A stretch of DNA of 64,000 nt from assembly GCA_020629695.1 (NCBI GenBank), contig JAHDCV010000001.1, positions 52,591 to 116,590 of the forward strand, given 5' to 3'. Of this stretch, positions 20,737-30,148 are shown one piece after another. This DNA comes from Acidimicrobiales bacterium (GTDB lineage: Bacteria; Actinomycetota; Acidimicrobiia; Acidimicrobiales; SZUA-35). The notes beneath the pieces are model-generated. The model saw only the letters and a list, made by a program, of their open reading frames with translations. It was not told where the DNA came from and searched no databases. Each line of letters begins with the position of its first letter. Within the stretch, counting starts at the first letter, position 1. The translations under genes and the position numbers were made by a program.

Positions 20737-21405
20737 TCAGAGTTCGGCTCGGGCGAGCTCCAGCACCTCGTCCTGATCGAAGAAGCCGGACCATCCGGCG
20801 ATGGGGTCGCCGGTCGGATCGACGAGGATCGCCGTCGGCTGGCCTCGCACGCCGTAGTAGGCCCACGTCTCGAAGCTCTCGTCCCAGATCATCGGGAACG
20901 ACTGCACACCGGTGCGGTCGACGAAGTCCTGCGCCTGACCGAAGTCGTCCTGGGCTCCCATGCCGATGACGGTCACGATGTCTGCGTTGTCTCGAGCGAA
21001 CTGCTCGACTTCGGGCGCTTCGGCCCTGCAGGAGGGTCAATGCGGGGCGAAGAACCAGAGCAGGACGGCCTTGTCGCCGCCCGGCAGCGCCTCGGCGAGG
21101 TTGACCTCTCCCCCGTTGTAGATGTCGAGCACGTCGACGTCGGGGAAGAGGTGGGCCACGGGTTCGGACGCCGGGGCCTCGGCGGCGGACTCCGTCGTGG
21201 TCGACGAGGGCTCGTCGTCCACGATGGTCGGCTCGATCGGGTCGGCGGTGGCCTCGGGTGCGGAGGTGGTCTCGGGTGCGGTGGTGGCCAGTGTGGCCCC
21301 GGTGGCGGCCCGTTCGGCGTCCGTCTGCCCGCCGCCACAGGCGGCGAGCACGAGGCTCGACGCCAGCAACAGCGCGGCGGTGCGCGAGAGCGTGCGGGGG
21401 TGCAT
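20737..21405 (-). CDS. TlpA/redoxin-like lipoprotein, probable selenoprotein (in-frame TGA at 21037-21039)
   Basis: ORFs 21037..21417 and 20737..20976 share a frame; readthrough gives LLWFFAPH-U-PSCRAEAP..YGVRGQPTAILVD; lipobox LAAC. Confidence 0.8.
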
Positions 21406-21507
21406 GGACACACTCAACCGGACAGGCGTGCCGACGATTCCGCGCGTGACTCGATGATTTCGGAATCGTTCATCGAGCGAGCGCCGCGACGGCCCGCTCG
21501 GGTCGGG

Positions 21508-22659
21508 TCAGGGCAGGTACGGAACCGGATCGATGGCCGTGCCGTTGGAGCGGATCTCGAAATGCAGGTGCGGCCCGGTCGAGTTGCCCGTCGACCCCAC
21601 ATAGCCGATCACCTCACCGCGGCTCACCGACTGTCCGGCCGAGACGGCGAGGCTCGACTGATGGGCGTAGAGCGTCGTGATGCCGCTGCCGTGATCGATC
21701 ACGACCGTGTTGCCGTACCCGTTCTGCCAACCGGCCGACAGCACCGTGCCGCCCTTGGCCGCGGCGATGGCGGTTCCGGTGGACGCACCCTGGTCGATGC
21801 CCTTGTGCAGCCGACGGGTTCCGAAGATCGGGTGCACCCGATAGCCGAAGCCGGAGCTGATCGGAGCGTTCAGCGGCCACTGGAACCCGGAGACCGATGC
21901 CTCGCCGGGCTTGGGCGTCGGACCCGTCCCACGCGACGCGAGGCTGTTGATCAGCGAGGTGAGTTCGGCGTCCTCGGCATCGAGGTCGGCCACGACCGAC
22001 TCCCAGTCCGACACCCGGGCCGCCATCTCGGCTCGCAACTCGGCCTGCACGGCCTGCACCTGTTCGAGCTCGGCGGTGAGACCCGCGAGTCGGCCCTCGA
22101 GTTCGGCGGCCTCGGCGGCGGCGGCGGACGCCTCCGCACGCAGGACCTCGGCATCGTCGCGCAGGATCCGGACTTCCTCGAGCACCGAGGTCGCGTCGCC
22201 GCCGATGCTCGCGAGCAGCCCCTGCTGTCGGAGCGAGGTCGAGAAGTCGCCGTCGATGAGGGGGGAGGTCGTCTCGTCCGAGCTGGAGACGAACCCCTGG
22301 ATCGCGAGCCGGGTGAGCCGCTCCTCCAGGAGCGTCGCGTCGGCATCGAGGCGTGCGATCTCGGCCGCGGCATCGGCCTCGCGCGCCCGGGCTTCATCGA
22401 TCGAGCGTTGCACCGCCCCGAGCTGCTCCTGCTGTGCGGTGACCGCGATCGTGATGGCGTTCAGCGCCGTGAGCAGTTCGGCGTCGGCGGCCCGGGCGGC
22501 ATCGAGCTCGGCGGCCGCATCGGCACGCTCGGCCCGGATCCGATCCCGGTCGGCACGAGCCTCGGACTCGGACTGTTGCGCGCCGGCCGCGAACGGGGCG
22601 ATCACAGCCATCAGGAGAACGAGTGCGCTCGCGCCGAACAGGGCACGACGCCTCGGCAT
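21508..22659 (-). CDS. M23 family peptidase with coiled coil (murein hydrolase activator EnvC-like)
   Basis: Signal peptide, coiled coil, HKGID, YAH, STGPHLHFE. Confidence 0.9.
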   Translation of the reverse strand: MPRRRALFGASALVLLMAVIAPFAAGAQQSESEARADRDRIRAERADAAAELDAARAADAELLTALNAITIAVTAQQEQLGAVQRSIDEARAREADAAAEIARLDADATLLEERLTRLAIQGFVSSSDETTSPLIDGDFSTSLRQQGLLASIGGDATSVLEEVRILRDDAEVLRAEASAAAAEAAELEGRLAGLTAELEQVQAVQAELRAEMAARVSDWESVVADLDAEDAELTSLINSLASRGTGPTPKPGEASVSGFQWPLNAPISSGFGYRVHPIFGTRRLHKGIDQGASTGTAIAAAKGGTVLSAGWQNGYGNTVVIDHGSGITTLYAHQSSLAVSAGQSVSRGEVIGYVGSTGNSTGPHLHFEIRSNGTAIDPVPYLP

Positions 22660-22904
22660 GCACATCGACGAAGGGGTGGGACGCGGATCCATCACCCTCC
22701 TTCCGTGTGCCCGGGCGATCGCGGCCACGAACGGTAACCGGGTTCGTGCACGGTCGAAAGAGCATCCCTGCTCCATCGACCCGGATGCCGCGGATCGCGG
22801 GGCCGCAACCGGGATGTCTGCGGGGTAGGTTCGCCGATCGGTGAACCTACGGCACGGGACGGACGTGCCGGCCCCCGAGGGGGTTCGATCGACCGCAGGG
22901 AGAG

Positions 22905-23408
22905 ATGATGAGCGACGAGCGCGAGATCATGGACTGGCCGATGTACGGATCGGCGATCCGCGAGCTGGCCCACACGATCGCGGACAGCGGCTTCGAGCCC
23001 GACATCATCCTCGCGATCGCCCGGGGCGGGCTCTTCGCCGCCGGTTCCCTGGGCTACGCCCTCGGTGTGAAGAACCTGTACGTCATGAACCTCGAGTTCT
23101 ACACGGGCGTCGACGAGCGCCTCGACGTGCCGGTGATGCTTCCGCCGTATCTCGACAAGTTCGACCTCACCGACGCCAAGATCCTCGTCGCCGATGACGT
23201 GGCCGACACCGGCCACACGCTCAAGGCCGTGCACGAGTTCTGCGAAGAGGTCGTGCTGGAGTCCCGGACCGCCGTTCTCTACGAGAAGTCCCAGTCGCTC
23301 GTGAAGTGCGACTACGTGTGGAAGTACACCGACCAGTGGATCAACTTCCCGTGGTCGAGCGAGGGCCCGGTCACCGAACGCGACGAGAACACGGTGCTCG
23401 ACGCCTGA
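22905..23408 (+). CDS. type I phosphoribosyltransferase
   Basis: IARGG, ILVADDVADTGHT PRPP loop, WINFPW. Confidence 0.9.
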   Translation: MMSDEREIMDWPMYGSAIRELAHTIADSGFEPDIILAIARGGLFAAGSLGYALGVKNLYVMNLEFYTGVDERLDVPVMLPPYLDKFDLTDAKILVADDVADTGHTLKAVHEFCEEVVLESRTAVLYEKSQSLVKCDYVWKYTDQWINFPWSSEGPVTERDENTVLDA

Positions 23409-23460
23409 GCACGCGGACCCATCGACACGGCGTCGACATCCCGCCTAGCCTCAGAGCCTC

Positions 23461-24573
23461 ATGGGTGCCCGCTCCCTCGTCCTGATCGCGATTCTCGCGG
23501 CTGTCTGTCTCGCCGGCTTCGGCGTGATCGAGGTCGACGCGCAGATCGTCATCTGGCTGCTCGTCGCGATGGCCATCGCGATCGTGATCGCCTCGCTGTC
23601 GAATCGCAGCGGAACGAAGCGGGAAGCGCTGCCCGGCGCGCTCATCCCCGCCACGCCGATGGCGGACATGCACGCGACGGACGCGTCGTCGATCGACCAC
23701 TCGCCGGCTGCCGACCGGTACGACCGCAGTGACGACACCGAAATGGTGCCCGCCTCGCTGGCGCCGGCGACCACCGCGGAAGCCGTTGCGTCGGTGATCG
23801 GGGGCGGAGCGACGACCATCCCGGACGAAGCGACCCGCGACGCACACGACGACGCCGCAGCGGCCGAGCCGCACGAGAACGAGAACGACCCGATCACCCC
23901 GGCAGCCGCTGCCGCCGAGCTCGCCGATGACGTCGATGACGACGCCCCCGACGGTCCGGACGCCGAGGTGATCGACATCCAGCGGGGCCGTCGGACCACA
24001 TCCGACGATCCCGCCGACGAGGAGAGCCCCGTGACCACCACCGCCCGCCCCACCAGCATCGCCATTCCCGAGATCGAGCAGGACGACCGGGCGGTCTCCC
24101 CCATCCGCCTTCCGAAACCCGCGGCTCGTGCCGATGCGAGCGCTCCGTCGCTCAAGGTCGACCGCGTCGAGCGCCCCGACCCCGTGACCCCACAGCTGAA
24201 CGTCGCGAAGGCCGAGCCGGCCGTCACCGCAGCGCCCGTCATCGCCACCCGTGCACCCGAACCGACGGCGCCGGCACGATCGGCCACGCCGACGGGGCCG
24301 GCTGCGTCGTCGGGCTCGGCTCTCGAGCCGAAGGCCAGCTCGGCCCTCGAGCCGAAGATCGCCGCGGCGACACGCAAGGCCATCGCCGATCTCGTCGACA
24401 AGGGTCGTCTCTCGAACGAGGGCCCGATCACCGACGCCGACGTCAAGACGATCGTCTTCCTCGCCATCTCGGCCGAAGAGGTCGTCGCCCTCGTCGACGG
24501 CGGCTACGTGACGGCCGACGGGGGTCTGACCGCCGACCGGACCAAGGCGAAGCCGTTCCAGGCCGCGGGCTGA
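23461..24573 (+). CDS. membrane-anchored low-complexity hypothetical protein
   Basis: Two N-terminal hydrophobic helices, long Ala/Pro/Asp-rich region, compact C-terminus. Confidence 0.65.
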   Translation: MGARSLVLIAILAAVCLAGFGVIEVDAQIVIWLLVAMAIAIVIASLSNRSGTKREALPGALIPATPMADMHATDASSIDHSPAADRYDRSDDTEMVPASLAPATTAEAVASVIGGGATTIPDEATRDAHDDAAAAEPHENENDPITPAAAAAELADDVDDDAPDGPDAEVIDIQRGRRTTSDDPADEESPVTTTARPTSIAIPEIEQDDRAVSPIRLPKPAARADASAPSLKVDRVERPDPVTPQLNVAKAEPAVTAAPVIATRAPEPTAPARSATPTGPAASSGSALEPKASSALEPKIAAATRKAIADLVDKGRLSNEGPITDADVKTIVFLAISAEEVVALVDGGYVTADGGLTADRTKAKPFQAAG

Positions 24574-24577
24574 GGAT

Positions 24578-25363
24578 TCAGCCCCGCAACTGACGCATCC
24601 GCTCGCGGGCGACGTCGGGACCGTCCCCCGGGCCGGGTCCGCCGAGCCGCCAGGTGACACCGATGTCGGCGGCCTCGTCGCCCACGACGTGTCCGAGAGC
24701 GACGACGTCGAAGCCCTCGAGCGAACCACGTTCGGCATGCACCAGCTCGGTCATCCGAGCGAGTTGATCGCGATCGACGTCGACGGGGAACAACCCCTGG
24801 TGTCGTGCCGCACGGCGCACCGGTCGTGTGGCGTCGCCGCGGGCGGCGAACCACATCGGGATCGAACCGTGCACCGGCGTCGGCTGGAACGTGACGTCGT
24901 CGACGGTGAACTCCTCACCGTCGTGGGTGAACGGTGCACCGCTCCACAGCCCCTGGAGCACCGCCACGCCCTCGTCCAACCGACGGCCCCGATGACGGGC
25001 ATCGACGATCTCGCCGAATGCGGTGAGCTCACGGCCACTGTCGACGCCGAGTCCGAGGCCGAGCACCAGCCGTCCACCCGAGAGCCGGTCGACCGACACC
25101 GTCTCGCGGGCCAGCTTCTGCGGCCGGCGGCGAGTGATCGGCGTGACGAGCGGTCCGATCACGACACGCTCGGTGGCCTGGGCGATGGCGGTCAGTGCGA
25201 CCCAGGTGTCGGCGATCTCGACGGGCTCGCTCGGCGGCCGCATGACGTGGTCCCAGAGGAACACGCCGTCGAGCCCCTCCTCCTCCGCCTCCTGCGCCAG
25301 CTCGACCAGCAGCGAGATGTCGCTCAGTTCGCCGAACGGGGGGAGAAACAGGGCGTGGCGCAT
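24578..25363 (-). CDS. LLM class flavin-dependent oxidoreductase
   Basis: AEEEGLDGVFLWDH, RRRPQKLARE, LSGGRLVLGLGLG. Confidence 0.9.
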   Translation of the reverse strand: MRHALFLPPFGELSDISLLVELAQEAEEEGLDGVFLWDHVMRPPSEPVEIADTWVALTAIAQATERVVIGPLVTPITRRRPQKLARETVSVDRLSGGRLVLGLGLGVDSGRELTAFGEIVDARHRGRRLDEGVAVLQGLWSGAPFTHDGEEFTVDDVTFQPTPVHGSIPMWFAARGDATRPVRRAARHQGLFPVDVDRDQLARMTELVHAERGSLEGFDVVALGHVVGDEAADIGVTWRLGGPGPGDGPDVARERMRQLRG

Positions 25364-25377
25364 CGTCGACCTCCGGG

Positions 25378-26217
25378 TCAGACCTCGATGGTGCCACGCA
25401 CCACGCTGACGACCCCACCCGAGACCCAGATGTCGTCGCCATCGGCGACGACGACCACCCGGCCGCGACGACCCAGTGCCGTGCCCTGTGCGGCGACATA
25501 GGTCGCCGGCAGCTCACCACGTCCGATCATCCACTGGGCGACCGAGGCGTTCAACGAGCCCGTCACCGGGTCCTCGGTGCAGACCCCGCCCGGACCGGGG
25601 AAGAACGCCCGGACCTCGACCGCCGCCTCGTGGCCGTCGGCGTGCCGGCCGACCAGTCCGACGTAGTCCTCCGTCGACCAATCCGTCGGGTCCGGCTCCA
25701 CCGCGAGGACGGCGGCGGCGTCGACGAGCTCCAACCCGAGCCAGCCGGGTCCGTTGTCGATCCACGCGGAAGCGACGACGTCGGCCGGTCGGAGCCCGAG
25801 CAGACGGACGATCCGCTCGAGCTCGGCGTCGCCCACGGGCCCTCCCCGCTGCAGCGGTGGCGCCGCGAACGCGAGCCGTTCACCGTCGTCGCGGAGCTCC
25901 ACCAGGCCGATCCCGCACTCCTGCACGATGCGGCCGGCGGACGCCGGCACACCGCCGTGCTCGAGCCACACCGCGGCACTCCCGAGGGTCGGGTGTCCGG
26001 CGAACGGCAGCTCGGTCGTCGGGGTGAAGATCCGGACCCGATAGTCGGCCGACGGATCGGTCGGCGGCAGGAGGAACGTCGTCTCGGAGAAGTTCGTCCA
26101 GGCCGCGATGGCCTGCATCCGAGCAGCGCTGAGCTCCTCGGCATCCACGATCACGGCGAGTGGGTTGCCCTCCAGAGCGGACTCGGCGAACACATCGACT
26201 TCGGCGTAGCGGCGCAT
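25378..26217 (-). CDS. PhzF family isomerase
   Basis: VDVF..GNPLAV, SETTF, ELPFAGHPTLG, EDPVTGS. Confidence 0.92.
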   Translation of the reverse strand: MRRYAEVDVFAESALEGNPLAVIVDAEELSAARMQAIAAWTNFSETTFLLPPTDPSADYRVRIFTPTTELPFAGHPTLGSAAVWLEHGGVPASAGRIVQECGIGLVELRDDGERLAFAAPPLQRGGPVGDAELERIVRLLGLRPADVVASAWIDNGPGWLGLELVDAAAVLAVEPDPTDWSTEDYVGLVGRHADGHEAAVEVRAFFPGPGGVCTEDPVTGSLNASVAQWMIGRGELPATYVAAQGTALGRRGRVVVVADGDDIWVSGGVVSVVRGTIEV

Positions 26218-26320
26218 GCTCGGTGTCTATCGGGGTGGTGCCCCCCGATCGACCCGCCACAGGTCGGGACATCGGCCGTGGAGCCTGGTCGATCGACCAG
26301 CGACCTTCTACGATTCCGGC

Positions 26321-26926
26321 ATGACGATCGACAACGGCGACGTGGTCAGCTTCATCGAGATGAAGCACGGGACCGAAGCGGAGTACCTCCTGCTGGAACG
26401 GTACGAATCGGCGCATGCCGAAGGTACGGCCGACCGCTTGATGCAGACCCTCGAGAAGCTCGACGGTTCGATGGGCGGGTATCAGATCAACCGGCTCGAG
26501 CACTCCCTGCAGTCGGCGACCCGTGCCCGACGCGACGGTGCGGACCTCGACTGGGTCGTGGCGGCGTTGTTGCACGACATCGGCGACGAGTACTCGCCCT
26601 ACAACCACTCGGCGATCGCGGCCGAGACGCTGCGGCCGTACGTGCGGGAGGAGGTCACGTGGTGTGTCGAGCAACACGGGATGTTCCAGAGCTACTACTA
26701 CGCCCACTTCTACGGCAAGGATCGCAACGCTCGGGATCGGTTCGCCGACCACCCCTGGTATTCGCTGTGTGAGGATTTCTGCGCCCGTTGGGACCAGAAC
26801 TGCTTCGACCCGGACTACGTCAACGATCCGCTCGAGAGCTTCCGCGCGGACGTCGAGACGGTGTTCTCCCGCACGGCCTGGGATCCGGCCGTGCTCGCCC
26901 CCGGACCCGGCGTGCTCGTTCCCTGA
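26321..26926 (+). CDS. HD domain-containing protein
   Basis: EHSLQ, LLHDIGD, NH, QH, WDQ ligand pattern. Confidence 0.85.
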   Translation: MTIDNGDVVSFIEMKHGTEAEYLLLERYESAHAEGTADRLMQTLEKLDGSMGGYQINRLEHSLQSATRARRDGADLDWVVAALLHDIGDEYSPYNHSAIAAETLRPYVREEVTWCVEQHGMFQSYYYAHFYGKDRNARDRFADHPWYSLCEDFCARWDQNCFDPDYVNDPLESFRADVETVFSRTAWDPAVLAPGPGVLVP

Positions 26927-26965
26927 TACGGCGAGGCCCGGGCCCGCCGCCGGTCGGCCAGTCGG

Positions 26966-27565
26966 TCAGTCCGCACCCACACCCGCGACCACGAGCGCGG
27001 CGATGCGGTCGACGAATGGCGCGTCGATCGATTCACCGGTCATGAGGAACCGCAACCAGATCGGCCCGACGAGTGCTTCGATCACGATGTTCGGGTCGAC
27101 ATGGGCCCCGATCTCGCCGCGATCGATCGCCCGCTCGACGACGGGTGCGGTCGCGGCCAGTCTCGTCCGCCAGTAGGCGTGCATCGATGCGGCGAGCTCC
27201 GGCGACGACGCGGCCGACGCGACCAGTGAACGCGATCGTCGGGCGCCACGTTCGTCGGACAGGTTCGCCGCCACGGCACGAGCGAGTGCACGGAGATCGC
27301 CCGACAACGTTCCGGTGTCGGGCACCGGGACGGCCACCTCACTGTCGAGTTCGAGAGCGTCGAGAACCAGCTCGGCCAAGGTCGGCCAACGCCGATACAC
27401 CGTCGTCTTGTGCACGCCGGCGCGGCGGGCGATGTCGTCGACGCTCAGCCCGTCGTAGCCGACGTCGTCGAGGCGCTCCGATGTCGCCGCGAGCACGGCG
27501 ACGCGGACACGCTCCGCTCGGCCTCCCGGTCGCCGCTCCCCCACTCGTTGCGCATCGTCGGTCAC
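26966..27565 (-). CDS. TetR/AcrR family transcriptional regulator
   Basis: IARRAGVHKTTVYRRW, PDTGTLSGDL. Confidence 0.92.
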   Translation of the reverse strand: MTDDAQRVGERRPGGRAERVRVAVLAATSERLDDVGYDGLSVDDIARRAGVHKTTVYRRWPTLAELVLDALELDSEVAVPVPDTGTLSGDLRALARAVAANLSDERGARRSRSLVASAASSPELAASMHAYWRTRLAATAPVVERAIDRGEIGAHVDPNIVIEALVGPIWLRFLMTGESIDAPFVDRIAALVVAGVGAD

Positions 27566-27580
27566 GATCCAGGACTTTAT

Positions 27581-27641
27581 CGCAATCGATGTTGCGTTAA
27601 CGACAAGACCGTGTCAGAGTCATAACGCAACACGAGTTGCG
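27581..27641. promoter_or_regulatory. two TetR operator palindromes
   Basis: CGCAA-N6-TTGCG at 27581-27596 and 27626-27641 in the divergent intergenic gap. Confidence 0.7.
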
Positions 27642-27663
27642 ACAGCCGAGGACGGGGGACACC

Positions 27664-28116
27664 GTGCACCATCACATCCAGACCGAGATCGAGATCGACG
27701 CATCACCGAGCGAGGTGTGGGAGGTCCTCATCGACATCGACCGCTGGTCGGAGTGGAACCCCTTCATCGTCGAGTCCGCCGGCTCGGTCGACGTCGGTCA
27801 GACCCTGCGAAACCGCATCGAACCGCCGGGCGGACGGGCGATGACGTTCACGCCGACGATCACCGTCGTCGAAGCCGCGCACACCTTCGAATGGCTCGGC
27901 CGTCTGGGTGTACCCGGCCTCTTCGATGGTCGACACCGATTCGAACTCACACCCACCACCGACGGCGGCACACGCCTGCGTCACACCGAGTCGTTCTCCG
28001 GTGTGCTCGTCCGACCGTTGCGACGATCCCTCGACACCGGCACCGCCGCAGGCTTCCGGCTCATGAACGAGGCCCTCAGGCAACGGGTCGAGACCTCGAT
28101 CGCGTGCGCCGACTGA
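27664..28116 (+). CDS. SRPBCC family protein
   Basis: IEIDASPSEVWEVL..WNPF, FDGRHRF, HTESFSG. Confidence 0.88.
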   Translation: MHHHIQTEIEIDASPSEVWEVLIDIDRWSEWNPFIVESAGSVDVGQTLRNRIEPPGGRAMTFTPTITVVEAAHTFEWLGRLGVPGLFDGRHRFELTPTTDGGTRLRHTESFSGVLVRPLRRSLDTGTAAGFRLMNEALRQRVETSIACAD

Positions 28117-28120
28117 AGCT

Positions 28121-29383
28121 TCAGGCGGGCTGCCAGGTGCGGGCGGCCGCGTCGGTCGAACCCGCCGCCCGGAGCAACGCCGCTCCGGCCAGGTTCGCCG
28201 ACGCCGCCACGACGAAGGCCAGCCGGTAGTCGCCGAGGTCGCGGAGCGCACCGAGGAGGAATGGTCCGACGGCGACCCCGATCGTGCCGAAGAGTTGGTT
28301 GAACGAATAGATCTGCGAGTACGCCCGCACCCCGAACGCTTCGGCCAACAGGAGCGGCTGCAGCATCAAGACGTTGCCGACACTCACGCCGAACAGGACG
28401 GCTCCGAGTCGGAGCGACCAGTCGCCGGCGGCGAGTGCGATCGTCGTGAGAGCCACACCCTGGAGGACGATCAACCAGAACGTCAGCGTCGTCGTGGTCA
28501 CCCGGGTCACGACGACGCCACCGATGAGCCGTCCGGTGATGCTCGCGAGGGCGAGCAACGACAGCACCGTGGCCGCGACAGCCTCCGACCGACGCTCACT
28601 CGCGAGGTTGAACAGGTGGGCGAGCGCTCCGACCTGGGCCAGGTAGGCCATCGCATAGGCACCTGCGGTGAAGCGGAAGAACCGTGACCGCCGAGCGTCG
28701 GCGAACGTCGCCCCGGGCGGCTCACCATCGGCGTTGGCCACGACGGCCCGTTCGGCGGCATCCCGGTCTCCGTCGGGCACCTCGCCGACATCGGCCGGCC
28801 ATGAACGGATCGCGATCGCCGACAGCGGCAACACACCGAGCAGCCAGGCGAGTCCCATCCAGGGGCCCGCCTCGGCCAGGGTCCGACCGTCGAGGAAACG
28901 AATGACGAGTGGCGTGATGGCGATGCCGCCGAAACTCAGCCCGGTCGAGGCGATCGACAACGCCACAGAGCGCCGAGCATGGAACCACCGGGCGACGACC
29001 GTGGTCGACGGACCGAGACCGGCGATCGCGAACGCAGCGCCGAACACCGCGAAGAAGACGTAGAGGCTGGGAACCGACGAGACCCACCGCAGGCTGGACA
29101 GTGCGGCGGCCCCGAGGAACGCTCCCGCCCCGTAGAACCATCGGATGTCGATCCGGTCCATCAGGCGGCTGACCGAGAATCCGACGATGCCACCGGCGGC
29201 GAAGAACATCGTCGTGGCCCCCGACACCGCCGTGACCGACGCACCGAGTTCCTCGGTGGCCGATCGCAGGATCACCGACGCGTTGTAGAACCCCAGCCCG
29301 GATGTGGTCGACAACACGAGGAAGATCGCGGCCAGCATCCACCAGCCGCGGAAGATCTCGGCGGACGATCGGAGGGGCGGCAC
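28121..29383 (-). CDS. MFS transporter
   Basis: About 12 hydrophobic segments, RLMDRIDIR motif-A-like, WFHARRSVAL. Confidence 0.88.
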   Translation of the reverse strand: MPPLRSSAEIFRGWWMLAAIFLVLSTTSGLGFYNASVILRSATEELGASVTAVSGATTMFFAAGGIVGFSVSRLMDRIDIRWFYGAGAFLGAAALSSLRWVSSVPSLYVFFAVFGAAFAIAGLGPSTTVVARWFHARRSVALSIASTGLSFGGIAITPLVIRFLDGRTLAEAGPWMGLAWLLGVLPLSAIAIRSWPADVGEVPDGDRDAAERAVVANADGEPPGATFADARRSRFFRFTAGAYAMAYLAQVGALAHLFNLASERRSEAVAATVLSLLALASITGRLIGGVVVTRVTTTTLTFWLIVLQGVALTTIALAAGDWSLRLGAVLFGVSVGNVLMLQPLLLAEAFGVRAYSQIYSFNQLFGTIGVAVGPFLLGALRDLGDYRLAFVVAASANLAGAALLRAAGSTDAAARTWQPA

Positions 29384-29419
29384 GGGCGCACCGTAGATCC
29401 GACCGACGACACAGAACGA

Positions 29420-29451
29420 AACGGCCCCGTCACCGTGGTGACGGGGCCGTT
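29420..29451 (-). terminator. intrinsic terminator downstream of tRNA-Ala
   Basis: AACGGCCCCGTCACC/GGTGACGGGGCCGTT inverted repeat followed by a U-rich tract on the minus strand. Confidence 0.75.
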
Positions 29452-29462
29452 CCAACCTTCAG

Positions 29463-29536
29463 TGGAGGTGAGGGGATTCGAACCCCTGGCCTCCTCGATG
29501 CGACCGAGGCGCTCTAGCCAACTGAGCTACACCCCC
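29463..29536 (-). tRNA. tRNA-Ala (anticodon CGC)
   Basis: GGGGGTG/CACCTCC acceptor stem with G3:U70, D arm, CCTCG-GTCGCAT-CGAGG anticodon arm, GTTCGAATC T loop; CCA not encoded. Confidence 0.95.
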
Positions 29537-29607
29537 GAAGGGACCGCCGAGGATAGCAACCCGACGGGGATTCCCGGACGGACCCGCTGGGTCGTCCGAC
29601 GAAGAAC

Positions 29608-30027
29608 TCAGGCCTCGTTGGCCACGCGGAGACCGGCCGGCCGGACCTGGCGCGGAGCGCCGAGCGGTGCGACCTTGCGCCGTTGCTCCATCTCGACCGC
29701 ACCGGCGCGGGCGGCGAGGAACGTGTAGCCGATCAGCAGCGCATCGAACATCAGGTGCTCGGCGATGAAGATCCCGCGGAACACGATGGCGAGCGGGAGA
29801 GTGATGAGGGCCGCCATGACCAGCGCCATCATGATCACGAGTCGACGCTTCTTCTGCGAGCGGCTGGCGACCCCCGGTGTGGCGACACCTCGGAACTGCG
29901 GCGACGGGGCGGATCCGAACGCGAGATCCGAGCCCTGACGGCGGCTCAACATCTGCTGTGCGTACGGAATGATGACGAACCACGACCAAACGGCCGCAAG
30001 GACAGCGATGGCGGCGATACGAAGCAT
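29608..30027 (-). CDS. small membrane protein, SepX/GlpR-like by position
   Basis: N-terminal TM, QKKRR then two TMs; lies between moaC and tRNA-Ala. Confidence 0.6.
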   Translation of the reverse strand: MLRIAAIAVLAAVWSWFVIIPYAQQMLSRRQGSDLAFGSAPSPQFRGVATPGVASRSQKKRRLVIMMALVMAALITLPLAIVFRGIFIAEHLMFDALLIGYTFLAARAGAVEMEQRRKVAPLGAPRQVRPAGLRVANEA

Positions 30028-30148
30028 CGTGGACTGTCCCCTCTCACTCGGCGATCAACTGGGCCCACCCGGCCAGCGGTCGAACCTAGTCGTAGGGACA
30101 TCGTCTCACAACCGCAACACCGGTCCTCGCGGGCATGGGTCAACCGCC

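Noticed and set aside
21037-21039. Redoxin as a nonsense pseudogene or two separate genes
   Set aside because: The only stop is TGA exactly at the catalytic Cys position and both halves are intact; Sec recoding is more parsimonious, though unproven.
29463-29536. tRNA-Ala as an integration site of a genomic island
   Set aside because: No integrase, no duplicated tRNA 3' end seen, and ordinary flanking genes.
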